A stretch of DNA of 64,000 bases from Amoebidium appalachense (lineage: Eukaryota > Protista > Ichthyosporea). The stretch spans positions 7,202,830-7,266,829 of the forward strand of contig CAVNZM010000008.1 of assembly GCA_963693365.1 (NCBI GenBank), read 5' to 3'. Below, one piece after another: positions 1 through 23,319 of this stretch. The number at the start of each line of letters is the position of its first letter. The first letter of the stretch is position 1. The notes below the pieces were generated by a model, which did not search any database, was not told the origin of the DNA, and saw only the letters and a program-made list of their open reading frames with translations. The translations under genes and the position numbers were made by a program.

Positions 1-9
1 AGTGTGAGC

Positions 10-47
<38 letters not shown>

Positions 48-683
48 GTGTGCTTTTTTGCGGACATGTCTCTGCATGTGTGTGTGTGTGCATGCGCATG
101 CATGTGCATCTGTGCAGTTGTACGTGTGCAAGCGTGTCTGTGTATGTGTGTTCAGGTATGCTGTGTGCTCACAAGTATGTCTGTGTATCCTCTCAGATCA
201 CTTAAGCCATCAATTAACACTTGTTTATGTTATTGCCCCATGTACGATATTGAGATTTCTCCTACATTAGTGACTTTCATAATTCTCATCGACTTAAAGG
301 TATTTACTCAAAAAACATAGGTATCCGGATCTTGTTACACTCATATCAAAGCACGATGAAGGACAACAAAGTTTAACAACCCTTCTCTTCCCACACATTC
401 CCCCCTCCACCCTCACAAAACACGCGCACCACAACAACAATTCTCCTCCCACACCCTCTCTGCCTGTCGGTTCCTCCCCCCCTCCCCCTCCCCCCCCCCC
501 CCCTCCCCCCCTCCCCCCCCCCCCCCCCCCCCAAAAAAAAAAAAAACACGGCCACCAACACTGCGTGTGCCATGTGTGTATTTGTTTGTATGCAAGTGTA
601 AGTACAAAGCAGGGAGTTAGTGGCCAGTCTGTCGTGCGCGCATGCATGCTTGTGTGTGCTGTGTGTCTCTATTTATCTCTGTA

Positions 684-744
<61 letters not shown>

Positions 745-1204
745 ATGCGCACCTGTGTGCTTGCGTCTTAGTGTGTATGTGCCCGTGAAATATTTGTGCC
801 GTTAACGTACGTGTGTGTGAGAGAGGAGAGGGACACGGATAGGTAAAGAGAGGGAGGTCAGAGAGAGAAGGGAAGGTGGACTGTGAGAGCGTGTAGTGAG
901 CACACGTATGTGTCAAGGTGTGTGTGTGTGCTTGTGTGTGTGTGTGTGTGTGCAGGCGTGCAAGACCGAGAGATAAGGGGAGGAGAGCGATGGAGAGGGG
1001 GAAAGGGATGTAGAGGGTTTTGGGGGGAGGAGGAGGTGGTGAGGGAGGGGGGAGGGAGGGGGGAGGGAAAGAGGGAAGGCAGGAGTGAGGAAGGGAAGGA
1101 GAGGACAGATAGAAGAACTTTGAAACCATCAAGCACTGTTCTCATAGCAGTCCTTCTACCCTCCTATCCCCTTCCTCCCCTGCTTTGAAATAGCACCCAC
1201 CCAC

Positions 1205-1319
1205 CTTTCACTGCTGCCGTGGCAGAGACCATCCCTCGCCTCAAGATGGCACACGCTGCCACGGCAGCCGGAGTCACCGCTCCATTCCTGGCTACCTGCT
1301 GCGCTACAGTGCGGAGCAT
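1205..1319 (-). CDS. First coding exon of a gene for a probable mitochondrially targeted protein (remaining exons not found, probably off-window)
   Basis: Minus strand reads acceptor ...tttcaccacag|caacc, then ATG at 1319, then MLRTVAQQVARNGAVTPAAVAACAILRRGMVSATAAVK, then donor g|gtgggt at 1204. The peptide is R/A/S-rich with no acidic residues, typical of a mitochondrial presequence. Product not identifiable. Confidence 0.65.
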
Positions 1320-3162
1320 GGTTGCTGTGGTGAAAGGGGAGGATGTGAGAAAGGGGAGGATGTAGAGAGGGGTGAGGGGGGGGGGGGGGGGGGGGGGGGG
1401 GAGGGGGAGGAGAGGGAGGGGGGGGGGGGTTGACCGATAAAAAATAAGTGGGATGTCAGTTGTGAGGAGACGGTGGAAAAGTGACGGCGGTTGGGATGGA
1501 TTCGGTGGTCCATAGAACAGCGCGACTTTTAAAAGAAAGAGACTGGTTGTTTAACAAGCGAAAACTAACGATAAACGTTGATTAGTATGTCAGTGTGGGG
1601 GGAGGAAGGAGAAGCGGGGGGTGAGGGAGGGGAGAAGGGAGCAAAGGGAGGGAATCATTCAAAAACGTGCATGTATATATGTGTAGGTGGGTGGGTGGAG
1701 GGGGAGGTGGGGGTGCACGTTGCCCGCAACAAAGTGACATGCTTCCTTGTTTATGTGGTGATGCTATATGAGAAGTTATGGCAATCTAAAGTGCTATCTG
1801 TTTTCAACACAGCACCAGAGAATATAACTGAGATCCTCACACGAAGTAGAAGTTGCGTTTCAATGGCCCCTTCAATGACCGGTGGTGCATTCACATCTAT
1901 GGGGCAGAAAACCTTGTAGTGACCCCTGTCATAAAACCAAAGTAGCACAGCACAATTCTATCCCTCTACACCATGCCGTCGAATAAATAATATTTGCCTA
2001 CTGCACACAGTGAAAACTAAGAGTTTTGACGTCCAGCGGAAGCAACATACCGGTTGTGAAATAGCTCTTGCTTTGAATGTGAAAATCACAAGAGGAATCT
2101 CCAAGTAAAAGATGTAAGAAGTGGTTCTGCTCGGCCACGTTTGCTTCAAGTTGGCCAGGAAGGCACAACGAAAACAATCATGAACAGAGGAACACGCACA
2201 CGTACTTGTGACGTCATATAGTTCTTTTGCGTAAGCAAATTTTCAATGGGGCAACAACTATGCATGATCTTTCACATATGAGATTGCCTTTTCGTCTAGG
2301 CTAGGTAGGTAGTCCTATGTAGGGCCACTCGAGCCTACCATATGCTCATTGCTCAGTAGTTTAAGATATAAAGCAACATTCAAAAAACCTATTGTATTAC
2401 ATAGTGCAGAAAATGTGATACGATGAAAACAGACAAGTATTTTGGCACTTGCACTTCATATTGGAAATACAATCAATTAGGCTCACCCAATCAAATATTG
2501 CTCATTTTCAATCTTTAGATCCGTCTGTATGAGCCAATCACTAAATGAGTGGTCTTGCTCTTGCTTCGCAGCGCGTGCAGTTCTTGTGTGTGTGTGAGTC
2601 AGAGACACTGGTGTTGTCCGTGTACACGTGTCATGGTGTGTGTCTGTGACGGTGCGTGTGTCACAAGATAGCATAGTGTACACTGTTTGGCGGTGGTACA
2701 GCCTGCAGCTATAGCCTGCATTTCATTTTCATAGACCTTTCAGGTTTAGCCTTCCAAGTCACTCACACACCTCACTGCGGCACGTGTACACACCGCCATC
2801 CCATCGACACGAGTCATGTATAATGGACATGAGTCATGTAACATGTCCTTTCATTGTGTTTGGTTGAAGTGGCACAATCGTTATGATAGCATAGCGGTGA
2901 TGCAAGGAATATAAGAGCTGGTTGCTACCCGCCGCTTACAAAACGTCTTTTAGTAACAAGCTTTATTCGCACACCACGGAAACCTACCCCAGCCCGTGAG
3001 CCTATACCCTTTGGTTTCGACACTGAGGCAGAGAGCAGTATTTACCCCCCCCCCCCCCCCCCCCTCCCCCCCCCCCCCAAAAAAAAAAAAAAAAATGTCT
3101 TTCCAGAAGGGCTATTAGCTCGAGTAAGGCTTGCAACTGGTCCGCCGTTCTCCTCCCCCCCC

Positions 3163-3555
3163 AGACCGCTTTACTTCCATGCAACCGGGCATGGTTGCTC
3201 TGTGTCGTGCATCTGTAAGCACATACGCATTTTTCGCTGCACTGCATTAGTTTGCACACACATCTTCACCGTTTTGCTCATTTTGCTTGCATAAGCAGCC
3301 CTGCTCGTCTTTGATCAAGACGGGTTGACCCTCCCAAGTTCAGTTGATGCTGCTGTCTGAGTTGGAGAGTCGTATATACGTGGGCTAAAGGGTCGAAACT
3401 CAGACACAATTGATGACTTGAGCCTCCCTGAGGATGGGCTCTGCTTATGACGCATACTGTGCGTATGGCTGATGTTGCATATTGATTGTTTGCCTTTGCA
3501 TGTGTCCTTCGTGTATGCGTACTTCGTACCGTGTTCCGCATCCAACCCCCTCCCC
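3163..3555. repeat. Dispersed ~400-bp element, copy 1 (inverted copy at 34141-34540), with a self-complementary 160-nt core at 3290-3449
   Basis: Aligns by eye over its length with the reverse complement of 34141-34540. The core is closed by cataagcag/ctgcttatg and has nested stems. Confidence 0.85.
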
Positions 3556-3568
3556 GGCCCCCCCCATA

Positions 3569-3697
<129 letters not shown>

Positions 3698-3698
3698 C

Positions 3699-3818
<120 letters not shown>

Positions 3819-4497
3819 GCCCCCCTCCTTCCCTGCCTCCCTCCCTCCCTCCCTCCCTCCCTCCCCCCCTCCCTCCCTCCCCCCTCCCTCCCTCCCTCCC
3901 TCCCTCCCTCCCTCGATTCCTCGCTCCCCCCCTCCCCCCCCCCCCCCCCCCCTCTCTCTCTCTCCCCCCCCCCCCTCCCTCTCCCTCCCACCCCCCAAAA
4001 AAAACACCGTCTTACTCCTCCCCCCCCCCCCTCCTCCTCTCCACACACACACACACACACACAAAACACCCATACATCCCCACACTTACGAACGGGCATG
4101 CACGTTCACACACACACACGTTCCCTCTCGGGCGCCCTCCCCCCTCCTGTCGCTCTCTTTCTCTCTCACTCTCTCTCTCTTTATTGCCTTCCCCCCCCCC
4201 CCCCAAAAAAAATAAAATAAATAAATAAATAAAATTAAAAAAAATGCCTACAGACCTGCTTTGGCTTATTTGTTTGGTGTTTTCGCTTCTGATTGTCGAC
4301 GTTATGTACTAAAGCGCTGTAATTTTCCTTACCACGTAAAATTCACAGATATCCCCCTCCCGCCTTCTGCGTTCCCTCCCCGCTCCCCCGCTCCCCCGCT
4401 CCCCCCACCCCCACTCTGTATGTATGGTTTGCATTCTGCATCGTGTTATCCGTTGTTCGTGTGTATATCGTACTTTATGACGCATTCAACCCCCCCC

Positions 4498-4573
<76 letters not shown>

Positions 4574-4850
4574 TTCCCTTACTTTTTGACGTTTGTCTGT
4601 TTTGAACTTCGATGGTTTCTTGCTTACGCACTATCCTTTTGTTTGGGTCCACCCGCTCCGTATACCTGTTTTACTGTTGATGTATTCGTACTCTATCTTT
4701 AGTAGTACACGGATTAGAACCAAGGAGCGCTGCGTTTTGAACCTTCCCCCTCCCCTCCGCAAACTCCCCCCCCCCCCCCCCCCCCCCCCCGTCCCCGCGC
4801 CCTCCCTTCCCTCAATATATACACACACAGACACACCTACACAGACACAC

Positions 4851-4892
<42 letters not shown>

Positions 4893-4994
4893 CCCCCCCC
4901 CCCCCTCTCTTCTCTCTCTCTCCGTCAGTCTCTCTCTCTCTCCCCCTCTCTCTCTCCATCTCCCCCCTCTCTCTCTCTCTCTCTCTCTCCCCCT

Positions 4995-5078
<84 letters not shown>

Positions 5079-5439
5079 CCCCCTCCCCCCTCCCCCCATC
5101 TCTCTCTTAACTCTCCCTTTAATAAATACACAGACACTAACACCCACACACATGCATGCACGCAGGCACGGGCGCGCACACACGCCCGCCCCCCCCCCCC
5201 CCCCCCCCCCCCCCCACCCTCCCCCACCCCCCCCCACACACACACACATACACACAATCCACAAACACTAAGTAGTAGGAGCTGAAAAACCGGTGCTTTC
5301 TTTACCTCCTGCAAAGTTCACACACTCTGCATCTACTCTTGTCACCTATTCCGCACTGGAAGCAAACCAACCATGTATACAAATACACCCCAACTTTCTT
5401 CTGTTCTAACCAGCGCACCCATTCATGCATGCAGTGAAA

Positions 5440-14721
<9,282 letters not shown>

Positions 14722-15358
14722 GAGTGCGACACGAGAGAACTGGTCGAACGTTAGCCCTGCGGCCTGCAAGGGTTTTAATTTTTTTTTCCCCTTTGTTATT
14801 TGATTTTTCTCCGCATCTCCGGTTGTTGTCTTCTTCTTCTTCTTCTTCTTCTTTTTTTTTTTTTTTAAGCTCAACGTCATCTATAAAGTTACTCGGTCGT
14901 ATTGCAGGTTGTTTTATCCTTTGATGGTTAACCAGGGAAGAGACACTGGTGTTCTAAAGCAATCACATCATATCCTTATTCTTTTGTACATAAATTCCGT
15001 ATGTGTATGGGGTGTTCGTTTTTTTTTGTTTTTTTTTGTTTTTTTTTTTTGGTTGGTTGTTGGGGGAGGGGGGTTGGGGGGGTGGGAAGGTTTTTGCCTG
15101 TGCAATTGGCTTATTTTCCTTTTCCTTTCCTCTCTCCTTGCAAAAAAAAAAAAAAAAATTGGATGTCTCCCCCCCCCCCCCCCCCCCCCCCCCCCTTCGC
15201 TGGAGCTACCAGCTCTCTTTCAGTTCTTATCTCTTATTTTTTTTTTAACTTGCTCCTCTCACCCCCGCCTCCTCTTCCCCCCTCCCCCCCCCCCCCCCCC
15301 CTCCCCCTTCCCCACCTGCACCACACACGATCACATACACACACACAAAAAAAAGAAT

Positions 15359-15395
<37 letters not shown>

Positions 15396-15717
15396 TTCCC
15401 CACGCCCCCCTTGCGTATGACACACGGCTCTACTTCTGGAATTATGAATGGTTAGCTCAGATCGGATATGTATGTATGTTTCTCGGACGGGCTTTTGTTT
15501 TGTTTTTCCTGATTTTCCTTTGCTTGGAATGGGTCATTGGGTTAAGGGCACTTGTGCATGTATGATTGTGAAATAACCTGACGGGCTTGAACATTGTGAT
15601 AGGAATACAGGCTGATCTCAGGAAATTCTTGTAAGTTACAAAGAAAAATAAATTGTGGCAATCCTCCCTGCTGTTGTATGCAGTAAGGACACATCCTCCC
15701 TCCCTCCCCCCCCCCCC

Positions 15718-15788
<71 letters not shown>

Positions 15789-15795
15789 CCCCACA

Positions 15796-15832
<37 letters not shown>

Positions 15833-15872
15833 TCCTTCCCCCATCTCGTTTTTGTTGTCTCCTCCTTGCCAG

Positions 15873-16051
15873 TGATCTACGAGTTCGTTAATATGTTTGG
15901 GTATGTTTTGTGTGTGTGTGTGTGTGTGTGTGTGCATGCATGGCCTGCATGCGTGCGTGACCAATTAATGTGAGTGCTTGAGCTAAAGAGGAAAGTACCA
16001 AGGGGGAAGTTCTGGTGGTGGTGGTTTTGTGCGTGTGTGTGAAAAGTTGTG

Positions 16052-16115
<64 letters not shown>

Positions 16116-17231
16116 TGTTGGGGGGGGGATCCGGGGGCCGGGGGAGGGGGGGGGGGGGGGGGGGGGGGGGGGAGGGGGGGGGGAGGGAGGAGGGAATAAT
16201 CTCCTCCCAGGATCCACAAGTGAGGCACCAACTACTTCCTACGTATACTCCTCTACCATTTGAGGGCACTTGCCTTCAGCTATGTGCATTTGGGTGACCA
16301 TCCAGACCGGAATCTGGACATCTGCCATCAATTAATGACCCTTTATGACCAACGTAAGTTATTGACCTTTGATTGTGGGTCAGAAGAGTGTAAAAAAGTT
16401 TCGGTTGATCTTCTATTTTTTCCTGCAGCAACTTACTCATTTTGACATGTTCAATGTGCAAAGGTCCGAACTCGAATGCATACAGGGCTTTTATATTATT
16501 GTCTCATGAAGTGTCTTACTCCTTTGGTGTTATGACTCTCCATATGCATCTGATTTGTCTAGGGAAATGCTCTGTAGTACAAGCAGATAAAAAGAACCCA
16601 CACTCTCCATGCTTAAAGCCTTTTGTCCAATCGTTCCTCCCTTCTAGGCCCCGGTTCCCCTCCGCCCACAGTTCCCCCTCTGCCCCCCCCCCCCTCTCCC
16701 CCCCTTCCTCTCCTCCCCATTGGCAAGGTCAAATGAACCATGCTGTACCGTAGGATCTTTATCTTTACCTGTGTCCATATACATGGGGTACAACCTGTTC
16801 GTGACGCTGTTTACTCGAGATATGCACGCTCGCTAATTAATCCCCCACCCCACCACCACCACTACTGACATCACCCCCGCCGGCTGCCTGGCTTATATTA
16901 TAGGAATTCATCCAGTTGGAAAGGAGAAGGCAGCCAGGAGTGTTTTGTAAAACTGCATTGGTGTTGGTGGATGAAGTTGAAATCTATGGGGTGGAGTAGG
17001 GCCCTAAACTTTGATTACTGCTACACACTACATTATTTGGGGGGGGGGGGAAAGGTCCTACGGGGGGAGAAGAGGTGGAGGATGGGGCAGGGCGGGGGGG
17101 GGGAGGGGGGGAGGGGGGGTAGAAGAAAGGGGAAGGAGGGAAGGGGAGAATTTTCCGTTTTTTGTTGCATATCCCCTCCCTGATTTACAGTAGAGTAAAA
17201 ATGTACGTGTGCATGTGCATGCTGTGTGTGC

Positions 17232-17330
<99 letters not shown>

Positions 17331-18064
17331 TGTTACGTGTGTGCACACACGTGTTTTGCTACGGCCTATGCACACAGCCCATTCATGTGAGCGTGTATAC
17401 AGTGCCCGTTGTGTGTTATCTGTGCCTTGTGCACTTTGACAATGTGTGCGGCGACGATGTCATGTATGTCCTTGAGCAAGCAAAAAGGGGAAGGGGTAAC
17501 CTCTTACCGTTATTTTGCATGAGCTGCTTTGTGGTCCCACCACCTGAAACGCAGCAACACCGCTGTATCACTTAAGATTCAGAGCCACTTGTCTTCAGCT
17601 ACTTGTATGGGGGGTGACCTTTGGGCCCGAATGATGGTGTCTGGTAGGGCGGCCAGATATTGGCTGGAAATCCTGGTCGACAATCATTGGGAGAGAAGGT
17701 GGCAATGCATGATGGGGCTCTGCACTGTGTACTGGAAAAGGACACCCAAATATCAGCCATCAAGAAATAGTTTGCTGAAAAACCCATCTTTTGGCAGTTG
17801 ATTGTGGGACGGAACAAGGCTTGGCCCAAGAAGGGTTTGACCGACAGTTTTCGAACAGTTTGTGGCACTTTGCTCTTGCCGCATGTATTTCGGTTTGTGA
17901 TCTTACCGTGGCTGCACCATAAAACCCATAGGTAAGTGGACACCTGTCTGTCGAAATAAAACTAAAAAAATCAGAACTCCTTGCTCCTTTCGTCCATCCA
18001 TCCCCTTCCCCCCGCCCCCATCCCCCTCCTAAAAAATAATCTAATCAACTAATCAAAAGCTTAA

Positions 18065-18100
<36 letters not shown>

Positions 18101-18320
18101 GGGTCCACCAACCCACCCATCCATCACAAGTTTCCCTCTCCCCCCCAACAGCCAACCCCCTGCCAACCCCCCTCCCCCTCCCCCCCCCCCCCCCTCTTTC
18201 TAACCCTCTCCCCCTTCTTTTCATGCTTTCACCTGACCTGCTTCTTCTCTAGCTCTGGACGTCTTGCCCCATATGTATTATCTAAACTCTAAGACTTTGA
18301 GTTTGTAAGTTCCCCTCCTT

Positions 18321-18351
<31 letters not shown>

Positions 18352-18583
18352 TCTTCCTCCCCCCTTCCCCTCTCTTCCAGTGTCACATCCAGGTCATTTG
18401 GCGTAAACAAGAGCCCTAATATATTTGGAGAACTTCGTTGAACCCATGAGCATCTGGCCAACTGACTGCACGTTACTGTACGAGCATTCACAAAAGCCAA
18501 ACGCAAGTTTGTCTGGGCTTCCCAACCCTTCCCCACCCCTCCATACCATTCCCCATAGTTCCCTTGCCTTCCCCTTCCCCCCG

Positions 18584-18619
<36 letters not shown>

Positions 18620-18978
18620 ACCCCCGGCCACTTTCCCTCCCCCTCCCCCCTTAAATCACGTCCCCCCGTTCCCCCCCGTGGAGAACGTGTAGAACTAGGT
18701 CCATATACTCCTCCTTTTACTTTCCCAACCCTTCCCTACCCCTCCATACCATTCCCCATAATTCCCTTGCCTTCCCTCCCTCCCCCCCCCCTTCTTCCCC
18801 CCCCCCCACCCCCTCCCCCCCACCCCCGGCCACTTTCCCTCCCCCCCCTCCCCCCCCCCCCCCCCCCCCCCATAAATCACGTCCCCCCATTACTCCCCGT
18901 GCAGACTTAGGTGCATCTAAGCCTCCTTTTATTTTTCCAACTCGTCCCCACCCCTCCAAATCATTCCCCATGACTCCC

Positions 18979-19021
<43 letters not shown>

Positions 19022-19362
19022 TCGCCTTTTTTTTTTTTTTTCCAGTTAGGGCAAGGGGAGGTGAGGGGGGAAAGAGAGGGGGGGAGGGGGGGGGTTGTTT
19101 TTTCTATGACTGTCTTATAAACCTTGTCTTCTTTGTAAGGATGGTCTTTGGGAGAGTAAGGTGCAAATTCCTTCTCAGCAAACATGGGGATCATCCGCTC
19201 AAGCGCATTAACTAAGGCTCAATAAGGTGCTGATGAAAAATCAGGGCAGCAGGGGACAGGGGCATATTAGGGCACAGTGCATATTGCCTCTTTTTTTTTT
19301 TTTTTTTTTTTTTTTTGGGTATTTGGTGGCGGGCGGGCAGGGGGGGAGGGGGGGAGGGGGGG

Positions 19363-19399
<37 letters not shown>

Positions 19400-20589
19400 G
19401 GAGAGCACGGATATGTCATAAGACGGTTTTCAGTTTTAAGCTATTATATGTTGGGTGACCTTCTCATGACCACAGCCAGAAAGCAGAAGCCTGCTCGGGA
19501 TATTCAGCGAGGTTGAACCCATTTGAATTGCAGCAAGCAGCACACATTCGATTTGTGTGTGGGTGGTCACCCAGATGGTGCAAGTTGTGACCAGACTGTG
19601 TTAATCACCTAATTTTCCACTGTGATTGTGGGACAAGTTTAACATGCTTATGGGCGCCGCTGTTAGTTGGGCTGTTAACAAGAGATTACTCACCTGACAA
19701 AAGCATAACCACCCACCGTGTTCAAAAAAAGGCTCCATCGGCAGAGAGGGATACTTCCTGCTGAATTGCACTGCTAAGAATCCTAATCAGCCTATTTAGA
19801 TGCCTTAACAATTACCTAATTACTTGATTTCACACTTACTCACCTGCTTCAATGGGCTTTCGACACGATTAAAACGTTTGGATTTGCCCATCATTCCCCC
19901 TTTCCCTCTCCCCCCCTCCCCCCCCACCCTCCCCTCGCCTTAAAAGAAAGGGGAAAATCTTGTTTTGCGTTTAAGATTTGCATTCCCGAAAGAAGGTGGC
20001 CATCCTCTACAATGACATTGTGAACTCCTCAAAATGGTTGGTGGTTTTTTGGGTGGGTGGGGCACAAGAACACAGAAGACCTTTTTGCGCCAGCCAAAAT
20101 TTCTGGTAAGATGGTAAACCCAGAAATGTTACGTGTCCGCTTTTCTTGCACAAGCATCCACACGCACATGCATTTTCAATACACATTTGCTCCAAAAGAC
20201 TTAGAGAACGTTTCCCTTGTATCCCCTCCCTCCCCCCCCCCCCCCCCTCCCCCCTCCCCCCCCCCCCCCTCCCCCCCCCCCCCCCCCCCCGCCCCCCCGG
20301 CGCAGGGGAGGAGGGAGGGGGGAAGGGGAGGGGAGAGCAGTATTTTGCATGGCTTCCTCGAAACTTTGTCTGCTTTGCACACTAAACTTGTCTTTTGGGA
20401 CAAGTCAGGTCCATATTCGATTTCAGCAAACATCGGACACATGTGTTTGTTTAACGAATAGATGGAGTGCTGTGGGAAGATCTGGGGCAGAGGGGGTCAA
20501 AGATTAGCCTAGTGTGTGTAGCATCCACGAATCTGTATGATGATTTGTTGGTGGGGTGGTCCTGGGGGTTGGTTTTTTTTTTTTTTTTT

Positions 20590-20620
<31 letters not shown>

Positions 20621-21263
20621 GGGGGAGGGTTGAGTGATACAGGGCCCTCATGATATATGTTTCTGTCTTCAGCAAAATTTTTTGGGGTGACCTTTCTATG
20701 GCCTCAGCCATTAGCCTACGCGGGATAACCAGAGGGTTTCACAACGAATTTGCTGCAGCAAACAACAAGCATTGTGTACAAGTGGTCACCCAGATCATGC
20801 AAGTTGTATCCCGGCTGTAGTAATTATCTCATCTCCCGACAGTGATTGTGGGACAAGATCTAAATAATAATTTGGTACCGCCAGGAACAATAATATGAAA
20901 CCACGGGAACTCGAGAAATGGTAGGGTGCAGGGAACAGTTCGGCTCGAATCCAAACTTTTTGGTGATGTTTACAACGGTCATAAAGATTGTAATTAAAGA
21001 GCACGGCATATTATCTGCTCATTTTGAATGCCAAATGCACCGGCTCAATTACACAGTGTCTCGACAAAATCATTACCACCCACCTTTAATGAAATGAAAG
21101 CTAAGCGGATGGAGAGGAACACTTGCTGCTGAAGTGCACAGCTAAAAGTCTTGGAGTAGCAAGATGCCTATAATAACTTATTTACTCCAAGTAGTAGCAC
21201 TTACTCACTTACTCACATTTTAAGTCAAAAGGCTTTCAACCCGATACAACAGTTTGGATTTGC

Positions 21264-21298
<35 letters not shown>

Positions 21299-21715
21299 AC
21301 CCCCTTCCCCCCTCCCCCTATCTTAATTAAGGGGGAAAGTTTGTTTTACGTTTTACAATACCGAGAGACGGCGGCCATCTCCTAGAAATGCTATCGTGAA
21401 CATCTCACAACTGTTGGTGGGGTTTTTGGTGGGATACAGGAACTCAAAAGAAGGTTTTTGCACCAGTTATGTTTTCTGTTTGTTAGGCGCCCTTTTTTCT
21501 TGCGTAAGCATCCACACGCATATGCAGGAACAACCTACCCATTTGCTCGAAAATACGTAGAGAAAGTCTCATTAATATACCTCCCCCCCCCCCCCCCCCC
21601 CCCCCCCCGCCCCCACCCCCACCCTCCCCCCTCTCCCATACATCATACCCCATGTTATATGAAATCATCAACTTGCAATCTTCGCATCTGTGTCGGACCA
21701 AAAACCACCCTCTAG

Positions 21716-21747
<32 letters not shown>

Positions 21748-21756
21748 TTCCCCCCC

Positions 21757-21797
<41 letters not shown>

Positions 21798-23112
21798 TTC
21801 ACCCCACTTTCAACGGACCCACCCACACTCTGGCCATCGGGATGGTAAGATCAAAAAGAAGGGATTCTCCTTGCAAACAACTTCCACTCTGCAAGTCTTC
21901 AAAAGGGTATGCAGAAATGGGGGATGACGGCAAGTTTGTACACGTACCAGTTTTTCTGCGTGTGGCTTATTATTATTTTATATGCTTATTTTATTCTATT
22001 CTATTTTTTTTTTTTGTTTTGTTTTTTTAACTTTGGGGGAGGGTTTGCTTGCCAGATCAGAGGATCTCAGTAGAGTGTGTTCCTGTGTGTGCGTCATAAT
22101 ACTATGTGGGTGTGCAAGACGTAACCTTAACGTGGTGCGGCTCTATTTGGCAGTGTATGTTTGTGTAGTGGAAGGCAAGTTCGTAAAGCATGCTGGTGTG
22201 TGTGGTGTGTCTGTGTGCATATATGTGTGCACTGTGTATGTGGGCCTGCGTGCATGAGCCTGCGCAAGTGTAAACGTGTTTTATTGAAGTGTGCGCGTGC
22301 GTGGGTGACTGTGTGTGTGTGTGTGCGTGTGTGTGTCTGTGCTCCGCAAGTGCGCATGCGCTTAACAAGAGTCACTGTGCAAGTATGTGGGCGAGAGAGC
22401 TAGAAAGGGAACAGGGGCTGTGTGGGAAAGGGTTGTTGCGATTATGTTTCCTGGTGCTAAAGGGGCATTTTGTATGGCTTATAAAAACTGTGTCTGCTGT
22501 GTAAGCCACATGGTTTTGGGGCAAATTAGGCCCAAATTCATTCAGCAAACGTGTGGAGCATTTTTTATTATTGTTATTGATGAGGTGCTGTGGAGTATTC
22601 AGGGCAGAGAGGAGGAAAGATAAGGCCAGTGCATGTTGCAGCCTTTTTTCTTTCCCCTTTATGTTTTTTTTTTGGGGGGGGGGGAGGGGGAGGGGGGGGG
22701 AGGGATTGGGGGGGAAGGGTGGGGAGGGGGCCAGGGACATATCATAACAAGGTTTTCTGTTTTCAGCAACGTAACTTGGGTGACCTTCTCATGACCACAT
22801 CCAGAAGCCCATGCGGAACAGCCAGAAGTTCCAACAGTTTCAGACGTTGCTGCAGCAAGCAGCATGCATTGTGTGTGGGTAGTCACCCAAATGGTGCAAG
22901 TTCTATCCCGGCTGTGGTAATTACCCAATTTCCTGCTGTGATTGTGGGACGTGATTTAGTGACTAATGGGTACCGTCACGGGCATTAGCTATTAGAAAAC
23001 CGTTCACGGGAACCTGAGAAATGTAAAGGTACAGGGAAAGGTTGGGATCGGTTCATACTTTTTAGTGCTGTTCGGTCATAAAGACAAGTTGTAAGTTATT
23101 AAACGGAGCACG
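15873..23112 (+). pseudogene. Tandem array of decayed paralogous exons, including a Cys-rich (RING-like) segment
   Basis: Five acceptor-like sites tt(c/a)ag|c(t/a)a...gggtgacc start at 16280, 17599, 19441, 20673 and 22767. Copies 3-5 share LLQQAACIVCG(W)SP(R/K)WCK(L/F)YPGCGN..ISCCDCG-like coding with stops and frameshifts. Flanking blocks 19690-20220 ~ 21070-21570 and 20900-21010 ~ 23005-23112 are also duplicated. Confidence 0.55.
18519..18900. repeat. Tandem duplication, period ~203 bp
   Basis: ttcccaacccttccc(c/t)acccctccataccattccccata...cacccccggccactttccct...taaatcacgtccccc at ~18519 and ~18722. Confidence 0.85.
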
Positions 23113-23288
23113 GAGCCCCATCCCCACCCCCACCCCACTCCTCCTCTCTCCCTGAGGCTCCCCCCGTCCCCCGCCTTCTCCCCCCCCCCCCCCCCCCCCC
23201 CCCCCCCCTTCCCCCCTTCACACAGAAAAAACAAACCCTACCCCATCCTTGATCCAAAACTTCTCCACCATTCCACCATTACATCGCT

Positions 23289-23319
<31 letters not shown>

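Noticed and set aside
3290-3449. Assignment of the structured element as omegaRNA/Fanzor guide, U snRNA, snoRNA or TPP riboswitch
   Set aside because: Only short incidental motifs match (gttgacc, tgatga, ctga); there is no Sm site, properly placed box pair or linked nuclease ORF. Left unassigned.
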